Assembly (NCBI GenBank): GCA_043228905.1
Contig: JBHGNT010000122.1
Coordinates: forward strand, 10,754-74,753
Direction of reading: 5' to 3'
From: Azolla caroliniana
Lineage: Eukaryota; Plantae; Polypodiophyta
Length of the DNA: 64,000 bases
Positions 26,384 through 37,318 of this stretch are shown one piece after another (position 1 is the stretch's first letter; every line of letters begins with the position of its first letter). A program made the translations under genes and the position numbers. The notes under the pieces are model-generated. The model had not been told where the DNA came from and did not search any database. It saw only the letters and a program-made list of their open reading frames with translations.

Positions 26384-29300
26384 ATGTGCAACTATTGCAA
26401 GAAACCCGGACACATCAAAGCCGACTGCCGCGCACTCAAGAACAAGAACGACAAGTCTCAGAAATCAGACAAGAAGAGTGGCCGGCATGAGGAGATCAAT
26501 TACGTCAGCTTCTCAGCTGATGTGCTACCAAACGACCCGAATATACTATCAATCGAAAATCCAATCGGATCAGAAGTTCTGCTCACGACTGAAGAATCGA
26601 GCACATGGCTCTTAGATTCGGGCGCGTCATTTCACGTGACTCCTCATCGATCCCAATTTCGGCAATATACGATCCGTCACTCCGACTCAGTTCGAGTCGG
26701 CAACTCGCAACACTGTGACATCATTGGAATCGGCACAGTAGAGCTCAACCTTGCAGGTGGCTCTACACTTGTACTTCAGAATGTCCGACATGTACCCGAG
26801 CTCTCAAGGCCATTGATCTCAGTCGGACAACTAGATGAAGACGGCATTCGTGCCGGTTTTTCTTCGGGAGGGTGGACACTCCACAGTGGGAACCTCCTGC
26901 TTGCTAGAGGACCCAAGATACACTCACTGTATCCCTTACATGTTACGCTCAGAGAGGGTAACCTGTTTTTGGTGGATATTCCTGTGTCATCACTATGGCA
27001 CAGAAGATTAGGACACCTCAGCAAGGCCGGCATTACGCATCTATCTAGAGCCGGATACATCCCTAAACTCTCCTTCTCCGACCATCAATTCTGCGAACAT
27101 TGCCAGTATGGCAAACAAGCAGCCGCATCACACCCGACATCAGCACCAAGAGAAACGAGACCTCTCGATTTGGTCCACTCGGACGTCTGTGGCCCAATGC
27201 CGCATCAGTCTCTCGGCGGTGCCTCTTACTTCGTCAGTTTTATTGACGATTCGACTCGAAAGGTGTGGGCTTATCCAATTCGTACCAAAGATCGTGTCTT
27301 CTCGATCTTCTCCGATTGGCTCGCTATGGTAGAAAATCAAACCGACCGAAAACTGAAATGCTTTCGGACCGACAATGGGGGAGAGTTCAAATCAGAAGAA
27401 TTCGTCAAATTCTGCCGACAACGCGGCATCCGACGTGAATTTACGGCACCACACAGTCCGGAGCAAAACGGGATTGCAGAACGAATGAATCGGACAATCC
27501 AAGAACGGATAGTTTCCATGCTCCAACACTCCGGACTGTCGGATGGCTTCTGGGCAGAGGCTCTACTCACGGCAGTACACATAATCAATATGTCGCCAAG
27601 CAGACCTCTAGGACTTCAAATTCCTCAGGAACTATGGATCGGCAGTAAGCCGAATTACGACAAGCTGAGGATCTTCGGATGCGAGGCGTACGCCCTTATT
27701 CCGAAAGATGATCGCCGAAAACTTGCACCTCGGTTCAGGAAATGCATTTTCCTTGGATATGGATCAGACGGCGAAATGGGATACCGACTCTGGGACCCCG
27801 AACGCAGACAAATCGTTCGAAGTTCGGACGTTGTGTTCAACGAGTCGGCTATGAATCCATCAGTCAAAACACCGATCGAAGTCCGAAGGGTAACATTTTC
27901 CGATGTGCCGACCCTTCAAGAAGGCCCCGCTCTTAACACACGGTCAGCTTCACGGGTAGCTGAACCTTACACTACCGACTCGGACAACTCCGACTCGGCA
28001 CAGCAGGATAATTCGCTTTCGGACCATCCGACCTCGATACCCGATACGACCAGTCCAATCATACCTCGACGATCCGAGAGACTGTCGCAACCTCCGGAGA
28101 GGTATTCTCCTGGAATTTTCTTCACCGACGCCGGCGAACCGACGTCTTACGAAGAAGCATCGACATCTGTCGATTCAGCCACCTGGCATCTGGCGATGGA
28201 GTCGGAAATGCACTCCATTCGGGCAAACAAGACTTGGGATCTGGTCGAATTACCTAAGAATCGACGTGCTCTTCCTTGCAAGTGGGTTTATCGACTAAAA
28301 GAGACGTCTGATTCGACCACCCCAAAGTACAAGGCCAGATTAGTTGCGAAGGGCTTCCGACAAGAATATGGCGTCGACTTCGACGAGATTTTTTCACCAG
28401 TGGTGAAAATGACAACCCTTCGTTTTCTACTCGGCGTAGTGGCAGCCGACAACTTGGAGCTGATTCAGCTAGATGTCAAAACAGCCTTCCTCCATGGTGA
28501 TCTTGAAGAGGAAATTTATATGGAGCAGCCAAAAGGCTTCGTGGCAACTGGCCAAGAACATCTAGTCTGCCGACTCAGGAAGAGTCTATACGGCCTCAAA
28601 CAGGCACCGCGACAATGGTACAAGAAGTTCGACGACTTCATCCAATCGATCGGCTTCTCAAAAAGCGATGAGGACCATTGCCTTTTTACCAACACAACTC
28701 AAGATGGATCACCCATCTTCCTCATCATTTACGTGGACGACATGCTAATTTCTGGACGCCACGCGGGCGAACTTGCCGATCTCATTCGGCAACTGCGGTT
28801 GAAGTTTGCCATGAAGGACCTCGGTCCGGCACGACACATACTCGGCATGAAGATTAGTCGGCATCGCGACAAACGACATCTTTTTTTGTCTCAGACCGAC
28901 TATATCGGACGTGTCTTGGAACGCTTCAACATGCAATCAGCCAAATCTGCTTCAACCCCGCTCCCCATGAATCTTCGGCTCTCTCAGCGAGACTGCCCGA
29001 CATCCGGTCCGGAGGGGGAAGATATGAAGTCGGTACCGTATGCACCGGCAGTCGGCTCCCTTATGTACCTGATGGTCGCGACACGGCCTGATATCTCTCA
29101 TGCCGTAGGAGTCGTTAGCAGATTTATGCACAATCCTGGCCGATCGCATTGGAACGCAGTCAAGCATGTGTTCAAATATCTGGCTGGCACAAAAGACCAC
29201 GGCATTCTTTTCGGACCGAACTCAACCTCAGGCGTAGTCGGTTACACCGACTCGGACTTCGCCGGCTGTATAGACAGTCGGAAATCAACAACCGGATACT

Positions 29301-29713
29301 GCTTCAAATTCGGCAATGGAGCAATTTCGTGGAAGTCGAAACTTCAGGAGTGCACAACGACCTCAACGACCGAAGCAGAATATGTAGCTGCGTCCGACGC
29401 TGCAAAAGAAGCTTTGTGGCTCGGCCGGCTGGCGCACACGTTTCGGCAAGTCGACCATGACTCGGCTCCAGTTGTCTATAGCGACAGTCAAGGTGCTGTT
29501 GCCTTGTCGAGAAATCCGGTTCACCACAACGCCTCCAAACATATCGACGTTCGATATCACTTCGTTCGGGACTGCGTCATTTCAGGGAAAATCGGTCTAG
29601 AGAAAATATCCACAACCGACAATGTCGCAGATGGAATGACCAAGTGTCTTTCGGCAGACCGCTTTCGGTCTCTTCGGCATCAGATGGGCGTAACGACAAA
29701 CCAGTCCGGTTAG
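26384..29713 (+). CDS. Copia Zn knuckle plus Pol polyprotein (protease, integrase, RT, RNaseH), uninterrupted, 1109 aa
   Basis: CNYCKKPGHIKADC, WLLDSGAS, WHRRLGH..CEHC, LVHSDVCGP, RTDNGGEF, QLDVKTAFLHG, IYVDDM, YTDSD and KHIDVRYHF. Confidence 0.97.
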   Translation: MCNYCKKPGHIKADCRALKNKNDKSQKSDKKSGRHEEINYVSFSADVLPNDPNILSIENPIGSEVLLTTEESSTWLLDSGASFHVTPHRSQFRQYTIRHSDSVRVGNSQHCDIIGIGTVELNLAGGSTLVLQNVRHVPELSRPLISVGQLDEDGIRAGFSSGGWTLHSGNLLLARGPKIHSLYPLHVTLREGNLFLVDIPVSSLWHRRLGHLSKAGITHLSRAGYIPKLSFSDHQFCEHCQYGKQAAASHPTSAPRETRPLDLVHSDVCGPMPHQSLGGASYFVSFIDDSTRKVWAYPIRTKDRVFSIFSDWLAMVENQTDRKLKCFRTDNGGEFKSEEFVKFCRQRGIRREFTAPHSPEQNGIAERMNRTIQERIVSMLQHSGLSDGFWAEALLTAVHIINMSPSRPLGLQIPQELWIGSKPNYDKLRIFGCEAYALIPKDDRRKLAPRFRKCIFLGYGSDGEMGYRLWDPERRQIVRSSDVVFNESAMNPSVKTPIEVRRVTFSDVPTLQEGPALNTRSASRVAEPYTTDSDNSDSAQQDNSLSDHPTSIPDTTSPIIPRRSERLSQPPERYSPGIFFTDAGEPTSYEEASTSVDSATWHLAMESEMHSIRANKTWDLVELPKNRRALPCKWVYRLKETSDSTTPKYKARLVAKGFRQEYGVDFDEIFSPVVKMTTLRFLLGVVAADNLELIQLDVKTAFLHGDLEEEIYMEQPKGFVATGQEHLVCRLRKSLYGLKQAPRQWYKKFDDFIQSIGFSKSDEDHCLFTNTTQDGSPIFLIIYVDDMLISGRHAGELADLIRQLRLKFAMKDLGPARHILGMKISRHRDKRHLFLSQTDYIGRVLERFNMQSAKSASTPLPMNLRLSQRDCPTSGPEGEDMKSVPYAPAVGSLMYLMVATRPDISHAVGVVSRFMHNPGRSHWNAVKHVFKYLAGTKDHGILFGPNSTSGVVGYTDSDFAGCIDSRKSTTGYCFKFGNGAISWKSKLQECTTTSTTEAEYVAASDAAKEALWLGRLAHTFRQVDHDSAPVVYSDSQGAVALSRNPVHHNASKHIDVRYHFVRDCVISGKIGLEKISTTDNVADGMTKCLSADRFRSLRHQMGVTTNQSG

Positions 29714-29906
29714 AGCCGGACACAGCGCAGGATGGTTTCGGACAACCGACATCAGTTCCTTAATGATCGGCTTCAACTCTTCCGACCCGACCAGTCCGGT
29801 CTTCTGCCTTCGGACACTGCCGACTCGAACAAAACTGATATGTCCGAGAACCTAGGTTTATACCTGTAATCTTAGACAACCCATGTATACGCCCATTACG
29901 GGGGAG

Positions 29907-30089
29907 TGTCGAATACAAGTGTATAATGGACGTATTCACACTATCCTTTTGTATAGCTCAAGTTTGGGCCATTTGTGTAATTAGCATAAAGGGTAGTTGC
30001 CCTAAGTTTGTCACTATATAAAGTGACCTTGTAACCTTTTTGTAAGGTTGGTTGTATTATTGTTTCTATTGAATAGAAAGTCTTTTGTG

Positions 30090-30164
<75 letters not shown>

Positions 30165-30251
30165 ACGATCTTGGAAACTGCCATATGCAGGTACTCAACT
30201 CGAATCGAATGCTATTTGATCTTCCGCATCGACACGGCCTTGTCTTCAACA
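29907..30251 (+). repeat. 3' LTR of the young Copia, preceded by the PPT GGGGGAG (29900-29906)
   Basis: Matches the 5' LTR; carries (CT)35. Confidence 0.97.
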
Positions 30252-31122
30252 GTTGTCACAAGAGAAATATGTGACAAAAGTATTGCAAAGATTTAATACG
30301 TTGGATGCAAAACCTGTTGGATTTGCATTGTTGACAAATTGTAAGCTAAATGCTAGTCAAAGTCCGAAAAGTGAGAAGGATAAGGCTAAGATGAGAAGGG
30401 TGTCGTATGCCTCGGTCGTTGGAAGCCTAATGTATGGTATGGTATGTACTAGGCCGGACATTGTGTTAGTTGTTGGAACAGTAAGTCGTTACATGAGTAA
30501 CCCTAGAAGGGAGCATTAGACAGTTGTAAAGTGGATACTCAGATATTTGAAAGGCACTTCAAGTGTATGCCTTAGGTATGGCTCTGGGAAACCTATGCTC
30601 GAAGGTTTCACATATTCTAACATGTCGAGGGATGTAGATTCCAACCGATCCACATCAGGATATGTGATAACTTATGCAGGGGGAACTGTATCATGGCAAT
30701 CAAGATTGCAAAAGGTTGTGGGCCTGTCAACCACAGAGGCCGAGTATATGGCTACAATGGAGGCCAGGAAAGAATTAAATTGGATGAAGAATTTTCTCAG
30801 TGAACTAGGAATGAAGCAAGAAAGATTCCTACTTCACCGTGATAACCAAAGTGCCATACATTTAGCCAAGAATGTTGCCTACCACTCTCGTACCAAGCAC
30901 ATACAGAGGAGGTACCATTGGTTGCGAGAGAAAGTGGATGAAAATGGCTTTACTCTAGTGAAGATCCATACTGAGGAAAATGGATTAGATATGCGTACGA
31001 AGGTTTTACCTATGGAAAAACTCAATGCTTGCTTACTGAAGACAAGTCTGGCCAACTCTACCTTACATGAGTGAAGGGGGAGTTTGTAAAGAATTAGATA
31101 CAATTTTGTGTAACAGAAGGGT

Positions 31123-31177
<55 letters not shown>

Positions 31178-31553
31178 CAGAAAATTGTATTAACAAGGGA
31201 ATACAATAACCAACAGTTACAAAGAGAAGGAGAAGGTGGTTATGTAGTCACCTTCTCTCTATGTTCTCTCACTAAAACCACCATTTGGAAAGAGATGGAG
31301 ACTTAACTACCTACTAAATATGTTTCATAGGACAAGTAACTTCTATGACACTTAGTTTATAATACAAGGGGGTGGGGTGTTCACACACTTGGGCATTCCT
31401 AAGGTGTGTTCCCACACTAGGAAAGTTGAGTTTGATTCTCAACAGGGATCGATTGAATTGAGGATCAACCAAATTGAAGGTCATTGAGGGTCGATTGGTA
31501 GGATTGACCAGATGGTTGACCTATGGGTTTGACGGCCAAACCAACCAATAAAC

Positions 31554-31588
<35 letters not shown>

Positions 31589-33270
31589 AGAGTATGTATG
31601 TATGTATGTATATGTATATGTCTATGTATATATGTATATGTATAGGGCAATAGGATTATCACCTTATGTATGTGAGAGCAAAGCTGAAAGTGAGCATGCA
31701 AGCGATAGAGAGCTGGGATAGCTCAAGTGAAGAAGACAAAGTGAAGAGAGAGCAACAGTGAGACAGAGAGAAGAGAGAAAGAAAGAAAGGGGCAGCCATT
31801 GTTTTGTGGAATTTGCCCAAACCCTATAAGTGGTTTCAGACAACAATCTGTGGTACCATATACGTGAGCAGGCATTGTCATCCTATGCACCATTGTTCTA
31901 TAGTAAGCTTTGTTTCCTCTCTAGTGTTTGATATGTTATTTCTTTGAGTCTTTCCCTTAGCAAGCAAGGGATTGGAGCTCCTAATTATATTGCAAATCTC
32001 TCTGAATTATTACCCTTTGGGCCATAATTAAGCATGCCAATTGATTTGTGTAATTAAACTTAATTAATGGATTAATTAACGCAAAGTAATTAGTAGTAAA
32101 TCGTAATCACTAAAGAGAAAGAGAATATAAAAAAAGCTCTCTCTCAAACTGATCTCTGTCTGTCTACCTGTCTCTCTGTCTCTGTCTCTGTCTCTGTCTC
32201 TGTCTGTCGCTCAATTCTGCTCTTCTTCTTCGATCGATCGATCGATCGATCGAATCGTCGAGCGGTCGTGACGTCGCCTGTTCGATCCTCCGAAGCTTTC
32301 CTTCTGAGAATCGGATGTTTTCCTGCAGGAAACTAGAAGTAGCTGGACGCTTTTACCCCCTCAGTAACTGAAAGCTTCTATGCAGAAAGCTCGAAGCTTT
32401 TATTCAGGAGATTTGCAGCGTTTCTTACAGAAAATTCGAATCTTTTCTTCAGGAAATTGCAATATTTCCTCATTAGGTTCCAAGTATTGATCCTTCCCTC
32501 CTTCTGTTTCTTTCTTCCTTTCTTTCTCTGTCTTCAATCTGCCTTTCTGATTCCGTTCCTCTTAAAGCTCTTCTAGTCTAAGGAATCGTCTCAGCTTCGA
32601 TATCCATCCTCCTACAGTCGTTGTCTCTTGCTGAAAAATCCAGACTTTTTGTCAGAAATTGCAGGTATATTTGATCTATCCCTTCCCCTTTTCAAGAGAT
32701 TGATATAATCTGATTTGTTTTGACTGGTCTATAACAGTTAACTTCTCCACTTGTTTCCTTTGTATTTCTTCTATATCTCAGTTTCCCTTCTTGATTCCAT
32801 TCCCTTAAAAACTCTGACCACTTTCATCCGTTTCTATACCGCTTTGGTGCGTTTATCAGCTTCGATCTTTCATTCGGCTTCAAGCATTGTTTCTTTCCTG
32901 TCTGGAAGTCAACCTTTTAGCCAGAAACTTCAGTTATTGATCTTATTGATTCTCTTTAACTTTTTCTGTTCAGTTTCTCACTATGTATCCATATATTTCC
33001 TTTTGTTTCTCTCCCACGATTCTCCTTTCCTGGCGTTCGTTCCCATTATTAAACTTTGTCTCTGTTTCGTCTATTTCAGACAATTTTTTTCCGAGTCTTT
33101 CTTTCTTTACCTTTCCCTCAACGTTTCACTTCTGTGCTGTTTCTCGTTTTCCTTCCACAATCTTTTCTTCACTTCTTTCTCCTTTCATCCTTCCGCTAAA
33201 ATATTACTCAAATTTATCTGTTTCCCCCCCCTTCAGACCGTTTCCAGAAGATTGAAGGCGTGTTAAGACG

Positions 33271-36200
33271 ATGACAGATCTTCTGGAAGATGGATCAACT
33301 GGTGGTGAATCATGGCAGGGTAAAGCTTTCGAGGAACCCGAACACTCTTGCTGTGAATGGTACTTCGCAAGAGAATACATCGAAAGCTCATCGCCTTCTC
33401 GTCAGGATGGCATTGATGCCGCGAAGGAGGCATACCTTCGCAAGTCATATTGTACCTTTCTCCAAGACCTGGGAATGCGCCTCAAAGTGTATGCCTCTTT
33501 CTTGTTGAAACTTTTATACAGTACAGTTGTGGAAAGGAGCTTTCTGTTTTCTTTCTTTTTGAATCTTTATATATTATTGTGGTGTAGAGAACTTTCTCCT
33601 TTCTTGTCTTGTTTAATCGTTATATAGTTCTGGAATGACCTTTGTATGGTCTATATAGATGGATTATGGTTTAGAATTGAGATGATTCTATGTACTGGCC
33701 TACTGAGTTAGCACATCCTTTCTAGTGCTCCCAAAACTGTATATACCCAGGTAAATCTGGCCTCGGCAGTATCCCTCATAGAAAATTTGAGCCCAATAAA
33801 AACTAATCCAAGGTAGGTCAAAGACTAATATACTCCACTATGGCCTGTCATATGTGAAAACGGGTGCGGGTGCTGATTTCTGATATATTGTGATGTAGTT
33901 AAACACCATACCCAAGGTTAACTGATTGGTCACTCTCACATGCATAAGCATGCAATGCATCGAGATGTCTTTGCGTGCCATTGGCAGAAGAGGATGCAAT
34001 GAAAATAAATATCATTATGTACATTTCAGCTGCTAAACGTATGGAGAATGGAGGGGAATTTAAAATAGAGATTCCTCAGCTGAGATAAAGAATTTAGGAG
34101 TTTCCTAGAGATGGAAATATCATTCTTATTGGTGGCTATTGATGCATTGACTTCTCAAATATCAGACTTCACACATATTATAGAGTATTTTTTTGCTCTC
34201 CACATTTGCATGCAAATAATTCAACTAGAATGATGTCTCTTGTGCTTGCAGACTAAAAAATGTCATCGTAAAGTGGTACTAGGGTGATTTCCCATCAAGT
34301 GCTAACCTTGAGTATGCAGATGTAAAGCAGCAAACTATGAGATATATGTGTGCGGGTGCGCATGTGAGGCCCTGCCTGCATATTCATATCCACTTATAGT
34401 GTGCATTCACAGCTTTATATACTACCTAAAATTTCTTTTGCAATTTTCTCTATACAATGTAGCTATTCCACTCGATCTTCTAGTGGCATTTGCAATGTAT
34501 GGATGAGGTCGTCAAGACATAAGACTCCCAATACCATTTGAAGTCTGTTGCCTATACATTCGGAAGTCTCAGTTTACGTGTCAATGCCCCATGCCCTTAT
34601 TTCTGAAGGTATCCTCAAAGTAAAGGCTCATAGGCCATGGCCTGTCATGGAAGCCTTCTCTCTGTTATAATCAGTTTTTTGTCTCGATAGATTGCCTGCC
34701 TTTCCTCATTCCTTACATCAAGCATGTAAGGCATCTGCTCTTTACCTTGAGCCCCTTCTGCTGGTGTAAGATCCTCATCATACCATGTTTTTTCTTCTTT
34801 TAGGGCCTTTCTCTTAGAAAAGCTCATTTTTACATGTCCTCCAAACTGTAAGATGACATCTTTCTCAACTCTCTATACTGACATAATGGGAATTTCTGAG
34901 GCCCTTAATTCTGATCCCAATGTCTTTGCATCCTTGTGGGGTCACATTTTTCTGCCACCCACTACCTCTCAAACGAAGGCACCTGGTTTCCTTTTTACTC
35001 TTCTTCTAATAATGCATCCATCTCTTACTCGTTTGTGCTCTACAGCTACTTCTAACCAAGGTGCAGTTGGTTTATTCTTTTGTACAATCTCGCATGACAT
35101 TCATTGTAGTTATTTCAACACAATTTGATTGTATTTAAGCTTGTGAGACTTCAACCGTATCCTATTGATCTTCACTATAGATTGATTGATTTTAGCTCTT
35201 AAGGTTTCTTGTACTTCTCTCTTGGGGAGGCTGCACACATTAGTTCTTTTCTTTTCTGATCCCCTTTCCATTGCCTTTCTTCTTTCAAGTCATGCTATAT
35301 ATCAAAGCCCATGCAATCAATTTTTCTATCAATAATTTCTCTTAGTGCATATCTTTACTTTGTTTGAATCTAATTCTAAATGCATTTTTGATACCTTTTG
35401 TGCTCTTTGAGCAAGCGTAGGGATATTAGGCTATCAGAGATTAATGCCACAAAGATCATGGCCATGGAGATTAATGCATAGGAAAGAAGTTTGTTCGTAG
35501 ATATGAGAGTGTTGTGCTTTTCCAGAAAGAACTACAGTGTAGGATCAAAGCAACCTTAAAAAGATTCAAACCCTTGGTATGTTTCTTTGTATGCAATTCA
35601 ACCGCAAAGAGTAGCCCATCTTACTGTATACATCTTTCGACTATGTGGAGTTAGATATACTGTAGATGCATGGGAGATAGGACAAAATGCTGGGCAGGCT
35701 TCTCTTGAATCACCATGAGAGGATATCATACTTTATTCTACATTAGTCTGCATTCTTCTTAGGGGAGGTATCAATGATGAAACCTTTATTGTGACATGCG
35801 ACATGGAGCACTCCAAGTTATCAACAGAAGGTCTCTAGAGATTCAGGGACAGATAAGGCATGATATCAATCTCATCTCTTTGAACTTGCTAGCCGACATC
35901 ACCATTCTTGGTGTCTACTATCTATAAAGGAATGGCTCCATAACTTGACTTGGGAGGCTTGATTTACTTCAAGTCAGTTGGAAAAGTTAATATATGTTGG
36001 ACAACCAATGCAATCAAAGTGATAATCATGGATGAGAAGTGAAACTAATATTACCTAATGCCACAGTAACTCAAGCCTTGCATTATAGAGTAGAAGTGTA
36101 GGGAGGTATTGTCCCCCTTAATGCATGCAACGAGATTGAAAAGATTGAAAAGATGTTTTTAAGGAGACAATTGCGAATTAATTCCACCACCTCTTACTAG

Positions 36201-37261
36201 GGTATGTTCTTTGAAACATGTGTTCGATTAATAGAGATATTGGCATTATTATGAGTAACAATATATATATTCAAAAGTTAAGAATATGCCAAATCATAGA
36301 TTACCACTTGTTGCTTGGAATGCTGGATGTAAACTATGAAAGAATCACTTGTTGCCAAATCATCTCGTTGGGTAGGTGACATAAAAAAGTGGTTCAAAAG
36401 ATGGGGTGTGGAAGATCTCTTAGAGCTTGTAAGTGGTGTTATGCAATTTATAGTTATCAAGAAAAGGTTAATGAAACCGATAAGGAAGAAGTGGGAAGAT
36501 GCTGAAAGGACAAAATTAGAATATCACACTGCAAACATCAGTCCTGAATGTTGGGTTCATATATAAGGTAGGAACGCCTTACTAACATGAGTATAAACTC
36601 TCATAGAGCCCTCACACTCCTTAGCATTCAATCCCACAAGCTAAATTGCGTTATAACATCAAAATGCGTGAAATATAAAGCATGTAAGATATGCAAGGAA
36701 AGGCTAGTAGAGGATAAATATCACTTGCTTTTAACATGCTCAACATATAGAGTAATTTGTAAAAACTATGACAATATATTAGGAGGTGGTGATGAATTGA
36801 GTGGCACACCAAAGAGAAGACCTAAAAGGTTGAGCTCATATATGGATGCCTTATTTACACATTGAGACTTAATGCTTTGAAGTATGAATATCAAGGGAAC
36901 TTGTATACTCAGATCCCATGGGTTAATATTGGCCTCTCTATTGACACCAAAAGATATCCATCTATCTCAAATGCAAAATAAGCTTTTATTCCTGCTTCCA
37001 AGTGGGAAGTTGCGCATTTATTCCATCTACAATTGGCGTGATAGAAAGGACGATATATTAACATCCACTAGAGGCCAAAACTGGTAGAAGGATTATTATC
37101 TTAATGCATGATGTGCAATGATTATTGTTATATATACATATATATATGTATACGATTGGAGTGAAAGAAAGGAAGATATATTAACATCTACTAGAAACCA
37201 AAATTGGTAGAATTATTATTATCTTAATGCATGATGTGCAATGATTATTGCTATATATACA

Positions 37262-37318
<57 letters not shown>

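Larger units (their letters stand above)
21911..30251 (+). mobile_element. Young Ty1/Copia element, chimeric with a Penelope-like cassette
   Basis: LTRs at 21911-22223 and 29907-30251 (TGTCGAATAC...TTCAACA) look identical except (CT)19 vs (CT)35. TSD GTTGT at 21906-21910 and 30252-30256. PBS and PPT are present. Confidence 0.97.
18147..31971 (+). mobile_element. Old degenerate Ty1/Copia LTR retrotransposon, split by a nested younger element
   Basis: 5' LTR ~18147-18906 and a decayed PBS TCGTATCACAAC. Gag Zn knuckle CCYCGKTGHFQKNC, protease WVVDSGAS, integrase, and RT interrupted at KNMIWL|SQEKY. RNaseH ends at 31074, PPT GAAGGGGGAG at ~31073-31082. A diverged, truncated 3' LTR matches 18210-18754 at ~31480-31971. 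Many stops. Confidence 0.9.
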
